Positions 36,217 through 44,844 of a DNA stretch of 64,000 nt are shown one piece after another. Under the pieces are notes generated by a model. It was not told the DNA's origin, made no database searches, and worked only from the letters and a program-made list of their open reading frames with translations. A program made the translations under genes and the position numbers. This DNA is from Rhodothermales bacterium (GTDB lineage Bacteria; Bacteroidota; Rhodothermia; Rhodothermales; JAHQVL01), in NCBI GenBank assembly GCA_965263205.1, contig CBDHHF010000016.1, positions 1,878 to 65,877 of the forward strand. The letters run 5' to 3'. Position 1 is the first letter of the stretch. Every line of letters begins with the position of its first letter.

Positions 36217-36825
36217 CTACGGTGCATTGAAAAAAAATAAATAATAGTGCAGCAGAAGGCCAATCGAGAGCACAGTTGACAGGGTCTGGCGCAAGGTTTT
36301 AAGTGCTTTCGACATCTGGTTTTCTACCGTTTTGGGTGAAATTTCCAGCTTTTCAGCAATTTGTTTGTACGAGAGACCTTGTTGCCGGCTCAAGATAAAA
36401 ATAAGCCGGCAGCGCTCGGGTAATTGTGCGATGGCCCGCTCGACAAGCGCTTGTGTTTCTTTTGCCTCTACGTCGTGTTCAACGTGGGTTGTGGCCGTTT
36501 GTACAGTAGCCTCCTCTAGTCTGCTGGATGAATCCCACCGTACTTTTCTCGTTTCGTAAGCCCGCCGCTGGTTGTCGATGCTCGCGTTCATGACGCTTTG
36601 CTTGAGATAACCAAGTACCGAGGTTTGGATGTTTATTTTTTCCCGGTTGGTCCACAATCTGACAAATACATCTTGTACGACGTCTTTGGCTGCTTGCTGG
36701 TTATGGACTATGCGGAAGGCTACCTGGCAGAGAGGGGTGAAATAGGTATGGAAAAGCATGTTGATGCCCTGCTCGTCGCCAGCACGCAGTAACGCCAATA
36801 TTTCTTGTCCTTTATGATCCTCCAC
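36217..36825 (-). CDS. ECF RNA polymerase sigma-70 factor
   Basis: Region 2 (DVVQDVFVRLW) and region 4 (LSYKQIAEKLEISPKTVENQMSKAL). GTG start. Confidence 0.88.
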   Translation of the reverse strand: MEDHKGQEILALLRAGDEQGINMLFHTYFTPLCQVAFRIVHNQQAAKDVVQDVFVRLWTNREKINIQTSVLGYLKQSVMNASIDNQRRAYETRKVRWDSSSRLEEATVQTATTHVEHDVEAKETQALVERAIAQLPERCRLIFILSRQQGLSYKQIAEKLEISPKTVENQMSKALKTLRQTLSTVLSIGLLLHYYLFFFNAP

Positions 36826-36879
36826 TGCCCTGATCTATATTCGATTCTGTGTACAAAATGACGTTACAACCTCAACTTC

Positions 36880-36895
36880 TGCAATACCGGGGCCA
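36880..36895 (-). promoter_or_regulatory. Candidate sigma54 -24/-12 promoter upstream of the ECF sigma operon
   Basis: The minus strand reads TGGCCCCGGTATTGCA (GG-N10-GC, 15/16 to consensus). It ends 54 nt upstream of the start at 36825. Confidence 0.45.
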
Positions 36896-37056
36896 GATGC
36901 CATGTTGACTGGTCTGGTGGAATAAGCGTACCTTTTCGATCAATTGTTACATCTCACCGTAATTACAGCATCCTGGCATGCAAGTCAAGCACACCTTCCG
37001 TTTTGGTGTAGTCTTTATCTATACCGAATAACCTGAATGGAGCGAGTATGTTTGCC

Positions 37057-37260
37057 TAAGAGACTGTTGAGATTTTTCTTCATGTTTTGAGGAAGATGAC
37101 ACGACCACGATTTATCGTGGGACTGACGTCAGTAAATTTTGAGTGATTTTTGGCATATCTCGACGATTGCATAGCCGAGCTACGCATGAGGAGAGTAGGC
37201 AAAAAAGCACCAAAAGATCGCTTTCTCAGAATGTGAAGAAATTTCTCAACAGTCTCTTAA
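37057..37260. mobile_element. MITE-like element, copy B (204 bp, inverted relative to copy A)
   Basis: TAAGAGACTGTTGAGATTTTTCTTCA ... TGAAGAAATTTCTCAACAGTCTCTTA. It is near-identical to the reverse complement of 2658-2827, apart from an extra internal segment of about 35 bp. It is flanked by TA on both sides. Confidence 0.85.
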
Positions 37261-37282
37261 CCAATTAATCTAACAGCAACCT

Positions 37283-37822
37283 GTGTTTCCCCGTATTCTT
37301 AATACGCGCGACAATCAACACCTGATTATTCGGCATGCTGAATCCAGCGATGCTGCGCTATTGCTGGATTATATCGAGCAGGTGAGTGGGGAGACCAATT
37401 TTCTGTCGTTTGGTCCCGGCGAGTTTGAGATGAATGTAGAAGATGAAGCGACGTACCTCGATTCATGTAAAACCGCCAATAATTGCATCTATCTCCTCGC
37501 CTTTGTTGACCAGACGCTCGCCGGCACCCTCAACTGCTCCTCTCGCAACAGAAAGCGACTAATCCATGTCGCCCAATTCGGCATCACCGTGCGCAAGGCT
37601 TTCTGGGGACAGGGGATTGGCAATGCCCTGATGGATAGCCTCCTTGATTGGGCTGATGCAACCGGTGTCATAAAGAAAATCAACCTGAAAGTCCGTACCG
37701 ACAACGAGCCGGCGATCAAGCTTTACAAGAAAAAAGGCTTTGAAATCGAAGGTGTACTGAAAAAAGAGAATTTCATCGACGGCGTCTACTACGACATCCT
37801 GCACATGGGCAAAACGATTTGA
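37283..37822 (+). CDS. GNAT-family N-acetyltransferase
   Basis: Acetyl-CoA binding motif (FWGQGIGNALMD) and ..AIKLYKKKGFEIEG. GTG start. Confidence 0.85.
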   Translation: MFPRILNTRDNQHLIIRHAESSDAALLLDYIEQVSGETNFLSFGPGEFEMNVEDEATYLDSCKTANNCIYLLAFVDQTLAGTLNCSSRNRKRLIHVAQFGITVRKAFWGQGIGNALMDSLLDWADATGVIKKINLKVRTDNEPAIKLYKKKGFEIEGVLKKENFIDGVYYDILHMGKTI

Positions 37823-37824
37823 GC

Positions 37825-37996
37825 GATTGCAGATTGTTGATCTGCATTATCTCTGTCATCCTGAGTCACGCGAAGGATCTCTTCGGGGCTTGTAGCGCCT
37901 TGAATAACGAATATCGAACAGGAAACGAACCCCGGCTTGCCAAGGAGACTAACGAAGTAAACTCCGAATATCGAAGGAAAACTCGATCACTCCTCA
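37825..37996 (+). repeat. REP-like intergenic element, copy 2
   Basis: Collinear with 9642-9805 and includes the GTCATCCTGAGTCACGCGAAGGATCTCTTCGGGGCTTG core. It fills the whole convergent intergenic gap. Confidence 0.8.
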
Positions 37997-38006
37997 CAGA
38001 TCAGGC

Positions 38007-38681
38007 TTACCCAGCCAACTGAGGCGCTTTAACCGATGCCGGCAGGTAGCACGAAAGCTCCGTTGTGCCTTTGTCTGTTTTAAGCGGTGTCGTGATGTAA
38101 TTTGCGGATTGCTGGATATAATTCAGGAACGGTTTGGCGCTTGCAAAAGATGCGTTGTCAGTCAGGATGCTCGCGCCGTAGCTCAGGCGTGGTTCGAGCA
38201 TGTTCAGCAAGGGGAGGTACAGGTCGTTCCAACCGTCAAGAAACAGGTGATCAATGCCATCTTCGACGTCCTGGAGGGTTTCCATTGCATCGCCTTCGAG
38301 TAAGGTAATAACGTCTGAAAGTCCTGCCGCTTCGATGTTATCTCTGGCTATTTTGCATTTGGATGGTTCAATTTCCGTCGTGTACACATGCCCGCCATTG
38401 TCACGCGCAGCAGCGCCCAGGTACAGCGTCGAAATTCCAAAAGAAGCCCCGAACTCTACGATGTGTCTCGCCTGCGTCATGCGAAGCAGATTGTAGAGTA
38501 GCATACCTTGCTCACGCGTGATGGCAATGTAGGCGTCTACCATGTCATGGGGTTGTAAAGATCTACCGAAGCTCTTTGCAAATCCCTTGATAATCCGAGG
38601 CATATCTTTGCCGGCGGCATTGTGCAGCCGTGTCAACGTTTGACTGACGCGCGGATCGTACAGCGTATTTTTCATGCCCAA
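38007..38681 (-). CDS. Class I SAM-dependent O-methyltransferase
   Basis: SAM-binding motif (IVEFGASFGISTLYL) and the ..LFLDGW.. acidic loop. The pattern resembles O-methyltransferase family 3. Confidence 0.75.
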   Translation of the reverse strand: MGMKNTLYDPRVSQTLTRLHNAAGKDMPRIIKGFAKSFGRSLQPHDMVDAYIAITREQGMLLYNLLRMTQARHIVEFGASFGISTLYLGAAARDNGGHVYTTEIEPSKCKIARDNIEAAGLSDVITLLEGDAMETLQDVEDGIDHLFLDGWNDLYLPLLNMLEPRLSYGASILTDNASFASAKPFLNYIQQSANYITTPLKTDKGTTELSCYLPASVKAPQLAG

Positions 38682-38780
38682 GCTCTATTTGCTGATGTAA
38701 TTGTGGATTTAAAGTGCTGTATGTAGTATGTTGGGGATGTGTAGTCATGTTTCAAGACCCTAGTCATTTTTTGTGGACCA

Positions 38781-39125
38781 ATGAGTAAAAGCACACCAGG
38801 AGTTGATCGGAAGGTCTCGATTCCTTCCTGTCCGGTGACCTATACGCTGCAGATGATCGGCGGTAAGTGGAAACCCATCATCCTCTACTTGCTAAGTAAT
38901 GGGGTTGATCGGTTTGGTGTAATGCGCCGTGCAATTGAAGGGATCAGCAAGCAAATGTTGACAAAGCAGTTGCGTGAATTGGAGGCTGACGGAATTATAA
39001 GTCGAACTGTGTTTGCCGAAGTACCGCCGCGCGTGGAGTATGCGTTAACAGAAAAAGGGGAGAGTTTGCTGCCGGTCATCACAGCGATGAAGAACTGGGG
39101 TGCGCCCTTTGTAACTGCGCAATAG
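38781..39125 (+). CDS. HxlR-family transcriptional regulator
   Basis: CPVTYTLQMIGGKWKPIILYLL..MLTKQLRELEADGIISR..PPRVEYALTEKG. Confidence 0.88.
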   Translation: MSKSTPGVDRKVSIPSCPVTYTLQMIGGKWKPIILYLLSNGVDRFGVMRRAIEGISKQMLTKQLRELEADGIISRTVFAEVPPRVEYALTEKGESLLPVITAMKNWGAPFVTAQ

Positions 39126-39194
39126 CAGCAAGCTGGTCTGCTCCCCGTATTCTGTATTGTATTTGTTCGGAAAGCAATTCACGTCTGACGTAAT

Positions 39195-40172
39195 ATGAAA
39201 GCGATTGTTGTTACAGTGCCTGGTGGCCCCGAAGTGCTCGAATTACAAGAAGTACCCATGCCGGTGGTCAAGCCAGGATGGGCGCTGGTACGTATTAAAG
39301 CGTTTGGTCTTAACAGGTCTGAAATGTACACGAGACAGGGCCATTCGGGCGAGTTAGCGCCGTTTCCTCGCATCCTGGGCATCGAATGCGTTGGTGAGAT
39401 AGTTGATGCGTCGGATACGGGTTTGGATGTCGGGCAAACGGTAGCGGCGATGATGGGCAACATGGGGCGCTCTTACGATGGTGGTTATGCACAATATGCC
39501 TTACTCCCTGCATCGCAACTGATTCCGTTGACCACAACCCTGCCGTGGGAGCATCTTGCAGCTATCCCTGAGACGTTCATCACTGCATACGGGTCGCTCC
39601 AGACGCTGGATCTGGTGTCAGGTCAGACCTTACTCATTCGAGGTGGGACGTCGGCTGCCGGCATGGCGGCGGCAACGATAGCTGTCGATATGGGCGTAAC
39701 CGTTTTGGCTACCACGCGCAACCCTGCAAAGCAGGCAGCTCTCACGGCTAACGGAGTCCATGGTGTCTATATCGACAATGGTAAAATTGCAACTGACGTG
39801 CGACGCGATTATCCAGAAGGCGTAGACGCGGTGCTTGAACTTGTGGGGCAACCGACGCTCGAAGATTCAATTGCGTGCTTGACGGACCACGGGATTATCT
39901 GCCAGACGGGGCTATTAGGCGATAAATGGGATTACTGGGTGACGGGATTGGAGGGCGTGCCCGAGACGATTCGTACCACAACGTACAATAGCGAAAAGGT
40001 GACGGCAGCCAACAGCGCAGCGGTTATGCAAACCATTGTAGATCGGGTTGAAGCCGGCCGTTACCGCCTCAACATAGATCGGGTCTTCGACATGGAAGAA
40101 ATTGTAGAAGCCCACACCATCATGGAAGAAAGCCGTGCCAAAGGGAAACTGGTGGTAAGAACGGGCGTCTAG
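39195..40172 (+). CDS. MDR-superfamily NAD(P)H quinone oxidoreductase / zinc-type alcohol dehydrogenase-like protein
   Basis: GroES-like N-terminus (MKAIVVTVPGGPEVLEL..). Rossmann motif (LLIRGGTSAAGMAA). Confidence 0.8.
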   Translation: MKAIVVTVPGGPEVLELQEVPMPVVKPGWALVRIKAFGLNRSEMYTRQGHSGELAPFPRILGIECVGEIVDASDTGLDVGQTVAAMMGNMGRSYDGGYAQYALLPASQLIPLTTTLPWEHLAAIPETFITAYGSLQTLDLVSGQTLLIRGGTSAAGMAAATIAVDMGVTVLATTRNPAKQAALTANGVHGVYIDNGKIATDVRRDYPEGVDAVLELVGQPTLEDSIACLTDHGIICQTGLLGDKWDYWVTGLEGVPETIRTTTYNSEKVTAANSAAVMQTIVDRVEAGRYRLNIDRVFDMEEIVEAHTIMEESRAKGKLVVRTGV

Positions 40173-40230
40173 CGCGATACAAAAAACCTTAAACCAGCAA
40201 CGTTCAACCAAAAAACTACATGTAGTTTTT

Positions 40231-41583
40231 TTAATCCATGGCCTCAATCCAGCCGGTGCGACCGTTAGGGGAGGTCACGCCGACGAATCCGCCAAATTCC
40301 CCAAAGACAGGCAATTCACTATTGGCTCCGATGCTATCAATAGCCACGGCTGAAATGCTTGGGCTATGATGAATGGAGCGCCCAGAAGCCAACTGCATGT
40401 TCCGAATGGGATCATCCGCATCTTCTGTGAGCGATGACAAGATGAAGCCAGATTCTCCGTTTGGTAATTCAACCGAATACCAGTTCTCGGTGCCACCCAG
40501 GACGCGTAAAGCCGTATGGCGTGGTAATTTGTCGACCATCTCTGTTTTGCGTGATGGTCCTTTGCGGAGTCGCGCAGAGTTAGACGTGATTCTCACCCAT
40601 TCACCGAGCCGGCTCATGTCGGCTGCCACGGGCGGCATATGGTCTGTCAGGTCTTTGATAAACGGCAACGGATCGACGGCAGATCGCGCGACGTAAATAC
40701 CAAAATGAAGGTGCGGCGGTGTATTGTAGGCATTGCCGGTACGACCGACGGTACCCAGGGTATCGCCTTTCTGGACCCGCGAAAATTCCTCAATCAGGAA
40801 TTCATCGAGATGCGCGTAGTAATAGGCCTGATTTCGTGAGTTATCGCGGACCCATACCACTTTACCACCAATGGCTGTTTCGTCGATACGGGCTACATAG
40901 CCGTCCGCAATAGCGACAACAGGCGTCCCCGTGAGCGCAAACACGTCGACGCCTTTGTGCAGGCGCCGGCCGCCATCGCGAGGGGCGCCCCAAAAGCTGT
41001 GGATGTGCATGCTGCTGTGGCCGGCCACAGGAAACCCGAGGGAGGCATCAACTTTTACGTCGAATGTGTACCGCCCGCCACGCAATAGCTCCGGTTGCAA
41101 GCGGATGAGGTAGGTGAGGTTGCGTTTGGGCTCTACCTGGATTTTATACAGGCTATCGGCTGTAGCAACGTGGCGTGGTGCCTCTGTTGGATCTTCTGGC
41201 AATTCAAAAAGATCGATAAACAGGTGCATCGAGTCTTCTGACTGCACTGAGACTTCAATTTCGAGCAGTTGCCCCTGCAGTACATTGATGTGGTAACTGC
41301 GTGCAGCGACTTCTTTAGGGTCAAGGTAGCCAACTTCCCGGTAGGGAGAGGTCACTTCTACAGATTGACTGATAGCGATCTGGCTAGCATCAAGCCAGGC
41401 CTGGCCCAGGGCAGTTTCCTGCAGGCCGGCTTCTCTAAGCGATACCGAATAAGCCTGGTGCGGCGTTAGGTGTTGCGAGCTTTTCCTCCCCTCAATTATA
41501 GCTTCATCCGCACAACCCGATAGCAACAACCATCCGCTGCATACAAGCGAAATAAATAAAAATCTGGACGGGGTCTCAGGCAT
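40231..41583 (-). CDS. M23-family metallopeptidase lipoprotein with C-terminal SH3-like domains
   Basis: Lipobox LLLSGC. M23 motifs HKGVDVFA..GTPVVAIADG..YYAHLDEF..GNAYNTPPHLHFGIY. Confidence 0.85.
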   Translation of the reverse strand: MPETPSRFLFISLVCSGWLLLSGCADEAIIEGRKSSQHLTPHQAYSVSLREAGLQETALGQAWLDASQIAISQSVEVTSPYREVGYLDPKEVAARSYHINVLQGQLLEIEVSVQSEDSMHLFIDLFELPEDPTEAPRHVATADSLYKIQVEPKRNLTYLIRLQPELLRGGRYTFDVKVDASLGFPVAGHSSMHIHSFWGAPRDGGRRLHKGVDVFALTGTPVVAIADGYVARIDETAIGGKVVWVRDNSRNQAYYYAHLDEFLIEEFSRVQKGDTLGTVGRTGNAYNTPPHLHFGIYVARSAVDPLPFIKDLTDHMPPVAADMSRLGEWVRITSNSARLRKGPSRKTEMVDKLPRHTALRVLGGTENWYSVELPNGESGFILSSLTEDADDPIRNMQLASGRSIHHSPSISAVAIDSIGANSELPVFGEFGGFVGVTSPNGRTGWIEAMD

Positions 41584-42372
41584 ACTACGTTCCTGGCGTA
41601 TAGGTTAGAAGCAGGATCATGGTTAGCCATGAGGGGCGCGTAACTTGCAAGGGGCGTTCAAGTGCTAATTTTTCCCGACACGTAGCCGAGGTGTGGTTGA
41701 CATCGAACGACCGGCCCTCCTTATAGGCGTAACAATACAATTATTCTAGCAATCGGCAATTATTTGATGCAGTCAAGCACACAAAGGAAAAATTAACCGC
41801 AAATAGAAAGCCAACTTGATTTATTCAATACGTTTTAGACGTGCGTTGTTGGAATTGCATACCACTCATCTCCCCCCAAATTCCGACCCTCGGAGGCTAC
41901 GACAGTTCTTTTTCTAAGTTTCCCCATTCTTGGAAAAGACTCGTAACTGCCAATTGGATGCTCCGTTTTTTCTTTTTCGCTTCACGAAGCAAGGCATATC
42001 ACGGGTAAAAATTTTCTGGATAGTGGGCTGAACAAAAATACAGCCGTTTAGGGCGGATTTTTGGGTATTCTGGATTGGATTCATCCAAAACACCATGGTA
42101 TCGCGCAAATATGTATCCACTTCGATACGGATTTTTATATCAATTTGGAGACGATGTCTATGCGGTTTTTGACGTACAAAGGAGGAGCGTAGGGGTCAAT
42201 TCTCTATTCATGTGTAAACCAAATGCACAAATAATTGACACAAAAAAAATTATTCCTGTGACAGACAGGTGATTTCTACATCACTTATGCAAGGTATAAT
42301 TGGAGCAGTTGATGTCGTACCCCCGCGCCTTAGCGACATCTCCTCCCGAAAACAACATACGAGGTGATCGTT

Positions 42373-42501
42373 ATGCCCTTCTCATCACTAGTCCATGAAA
42401 TCAGTCATGTAGATCTGCAGTTTGTATATGCAACCATCGTTTGGGCAGCTGCAGTATGTATCGCGGGCTTCGCTTTTCGCAAATGTTTGTATGAAGCTTA
42501 A
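42373..42501 (+). CDS. Possible 42-aa small hydrophobic protein
   Basis: ATG preceded by GAGGTGATCGTT (SD-like). MPFSSLVHEISHVDLQFVYATIVWAAAVCIAGFAFRKCLYEA has one TM-like helix. It sits in an otherwise gene-free 1.7-kb region. Confidence 0.2.
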   Translation: MPFSSLVHEISHVDLQFVYATIVWAAAVCIAGFAFRKCLYEA

Positions 42502-42657
42502 GCACGCCTGACGCACTTCTAACACCAATCCCGATACGCCTCTGATACATTGCTAGAAGCTGATAAAACATTCTGAAATTAGCACCCACTGAAGTTTCCA
42601 GTAGGAAAGTAAGTGCTATTGAAGTTCACCTGGCATCAGGCCCGTAAGCCTGACCGG

Positions 42658-43210
42658 GTGAACTTTTTTTGTTTATAGATGGATTTTCGTGCCTGCGAGA
42701 TTTTGTGTTGGGGGGGAGTGGTTGTCGGAGATCCTTTACAGGGTTCAGGATGAAGTGGGAGGAGCGGGGTGCCATTCTTCCACGTCATGCCGGACTTGAT
42801 CCGGTATCCAGGAGGCGTTGGCCATGTGCGGGGATAAGGCAAAGCGTAGTGCTCGCCCAGATCCTTCGCATGGCTCAGGATGACGTGGTTGGAGCAGCTC
42901 AACAATCCGCAATCCCAATGCCGCATTCCACCGTGTGAACTTTTTTGTTTATAGATGGATTTTGGTGCCTGCGGGTTTTCGTGTTTTCGTGTTCGGGGGA
43001 GTGGTTGTCGGAGATCCTTTACAGGGTTCAGGATGAAGTGGGAGGAGCGGGGTGCCATTCTTCCACGTCATGCCGGACTTGATCCGGTATCCAGGAGGCG
43101 TTGGCCATGTGCGGGGATAAGGCAAAGCGTAGTGCTCGCCCAGATCCTTCGCATGGCTCAGGATGACGTGGTTGGAGCAGCTCAACAATCCGTAATCCAC
43201 ATTCCACCGC
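42658..43210. repeat. Tandem duplication of a ~277-bp composite repeat unit (2 copies)
   Basis: Unit 1 is 42658-42934 and unit 2 is 42935-~43210, near-identical apart from a divergent ~40-bp stretch near the 5' end. Each unit carries three short hairpin modules, including GATCCTTCGCATGGCTCAGGATGAC, the reverse complement of the REP core at 9700. Confidence 0.9.
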
Positions 43211-43334
43211 CCCCCTAATACACTCGACATTCGGCATTCGAAAATCGACAATAAAAAATCCCTGGTCTTGTAAACCCATCTAGCCTATCCTGTGTCCATA
43301 GGGGCAGAACACAAACAGGTGGACAGTAAGCGCG

Positions 43335-43898
43335 GTGACAGACGCAACCCAACAACAGATACATCAGACGTTTCGCGATGTGGTGCATACGCACCAGCGG
43401 GACCTGTATCTGTGGGCCTTCCGGCTGACGGGCAACCACCACGACGCGGAAGATTTATCGCAAGAGGTGTTCATCAAGGTACACGCTGCACTGGACACGT
43501 TCAGGGGCGAAGCCGGCATGAAAACCTGGATCTACCGCATTGCTGTCAATACCTACCTCAACAAACGACGCAAGAAAGCAGTCACGTTTATGAAGCTGCA
43601 AGATGACATCGAACAAACCATGCAAGCCCAGGCCGGCGGGTATGGGGCAGAAAATGTATTTCGCGATACCGATGCTGCCGTTGAGTCGAATGCCATCAAA
43701 GCTTTTGTAGACAAAGCGCTCCAACATCTTTCACGCAAAGAACACATGGCGTTTGTATTACGCCACTACAACGATTTGTCGGTGAAAGAAGTAGCGGAAG
43801 CCATGCAGGTGGCCGAAGGCACCGTTAAAAGTCTGCTTTTTCGCGCCGTCCAGAAATTGCGCAAACAACTGGCCTTTATCGGAAGCCCCGGACATTAA
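43335..43898 (+). CDS. ECF RNA polymerase sigma-70 factor
   Basis: Region 2 (AEDLSQEVFIKVH..WIYRIAVNTYLNKRR) and region 4 (LSVKEVAEAMQVAEGTVKSLLFRAVQKLR). GTG start. Confidence 0.88.
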   Translation: MTDATQQQIHQTFRDVVHTHQRDLYLWAFRLTGNHHDAEDLSQEVFIKVHAALDTFRGEAGMKTWIYRIAVNTYLNKRRKKAVTFMKLQDDIEQTMQAQAGGYGAENVFRDTDAAVESNAIKAFVDKALQHLSRKEHMAFVLRHYNDLSVKEVAEAMQVAEGTVKSLLFRAVQKLRKQLAFIGSPGH

Positions 43899-43936
43899 TC
43901 GGGCTACTTCAGGCCTGCGTAAAGCTCAAACGAATT

Positions 43937-44797
43937 ATGTCAGATCAAGCGTGTACTTCCAGAGAACATCAAATTGTAGATGCCCTTTTCGGGGATCTTG
44001 ATGCTGCCGGCTGGGCCGACCTGCAACAGCACCTTGATAGCTGCAGTGCATGTGCTGCCGAGTTTCAGGAAATGCAACAAACACTCGCCGTGACTGCACA
44101 GGTACCGGAGCCTGAGTTGCCGGCGTCTTACTGGTCTGAATACAACGAGCGGTTGGCGGCGCGGATCGAGGCGGCGCGTCCATTTGGTCATCTTACCCGG
44201 CTGCGTGACGAGATTCGCAACCGCCTGGCACCCCTCTTTATGCCGCGGCCCTCCGTCATTCAGTGGGGTGGAGCGCTGGCGCTTGTCTTACTGGGGGTAT
44301 TCATTGGCCGGCAATGGCAGAACGAACCGGCCGTGATACCGGCACAGCCGACACCGGGGCAGGTAGACGCTGCATTACAAACCGTCCAACTCACCGAAAA
44401 GACGCGGGAGTACCTCGATCGCTCAAAAATTTTACTGCTCGGCCTTGTCAACTTTGATATCGAGGAAGATGACCCTTCCTTTTTTAACCTGCCGCAGCAG
44501 CAGGCGCTGGCCAGTGAGCTGGTACAAGAAGCAGCGCTACTCAAAACCGAATTGAACGAAAGCAGGGAGCAACAGCTGTCTGCCCTCATCGAAGACCTGG
44601 AGTTGATCCTCTTACAAATTGCCAACCTGGAGATGCAGCAAGATGTGCCCTCTATTGAGTTGATCCAGCGTGGTGTGGATCGGGGGGCATTGTTGCTGAA
44701 GATCAATCTGGAAAAAATGAAACTTTCCGAACGCGAAGCGCCGGCGCCGGCCAAAACCGCGGACGAAGAACAGGCGGCTGGACTGCTCATGTTGTAG
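43937..44797 (+). CDS. Anti-sigma factor (zf-HC2) with one TM and a coiled-coil periplasmic domain
   Basis: The H-x3-C-x2-C motif (HLDSCSAC) lies near the N-terminus. TM segment GGALALVLLGVFIG. It lies directly downstream of the ECF sigma gene. Confidence 0.75.
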   Translation: MSDQACTSREHQIVDALFGDLDAAGWADLQQHLDSCSACAAEFQEMQQTLAVTAQVPEPELPASYWSEYNERLAARIEAARPFGHLTRLRDEIRNRLAPLFMPRPSVIQWGGALALVLLGVFIGRQWQNEPAVIPAQPTPGQVDAALQTVQLTEKTREYLDRSKILLLGLVNFDIEEDDPSFFNLPQQQALASELVQEAALLKTELNESREQQLSALIEDLELILLQIANLEMQQDVPSIELIQRGVDRGALLLKINLEKMKLSEREAPAPAKTADEEQAAGLLML

Positions 44798-44844
44798 CTC
44801 CGCACCGCTGTACTCAACCTGAATATCATTGAACGAGAAAAACC

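Noticed and set aside
42636-43279. ORFs of 83-140 aa on both strands containing ..VILSHAKDLGEHYALPYPRTW...
   Set aside because: They are near-identical duplicates created by translating the 277-bp tandem repeat. They have no start context or family resemblance.
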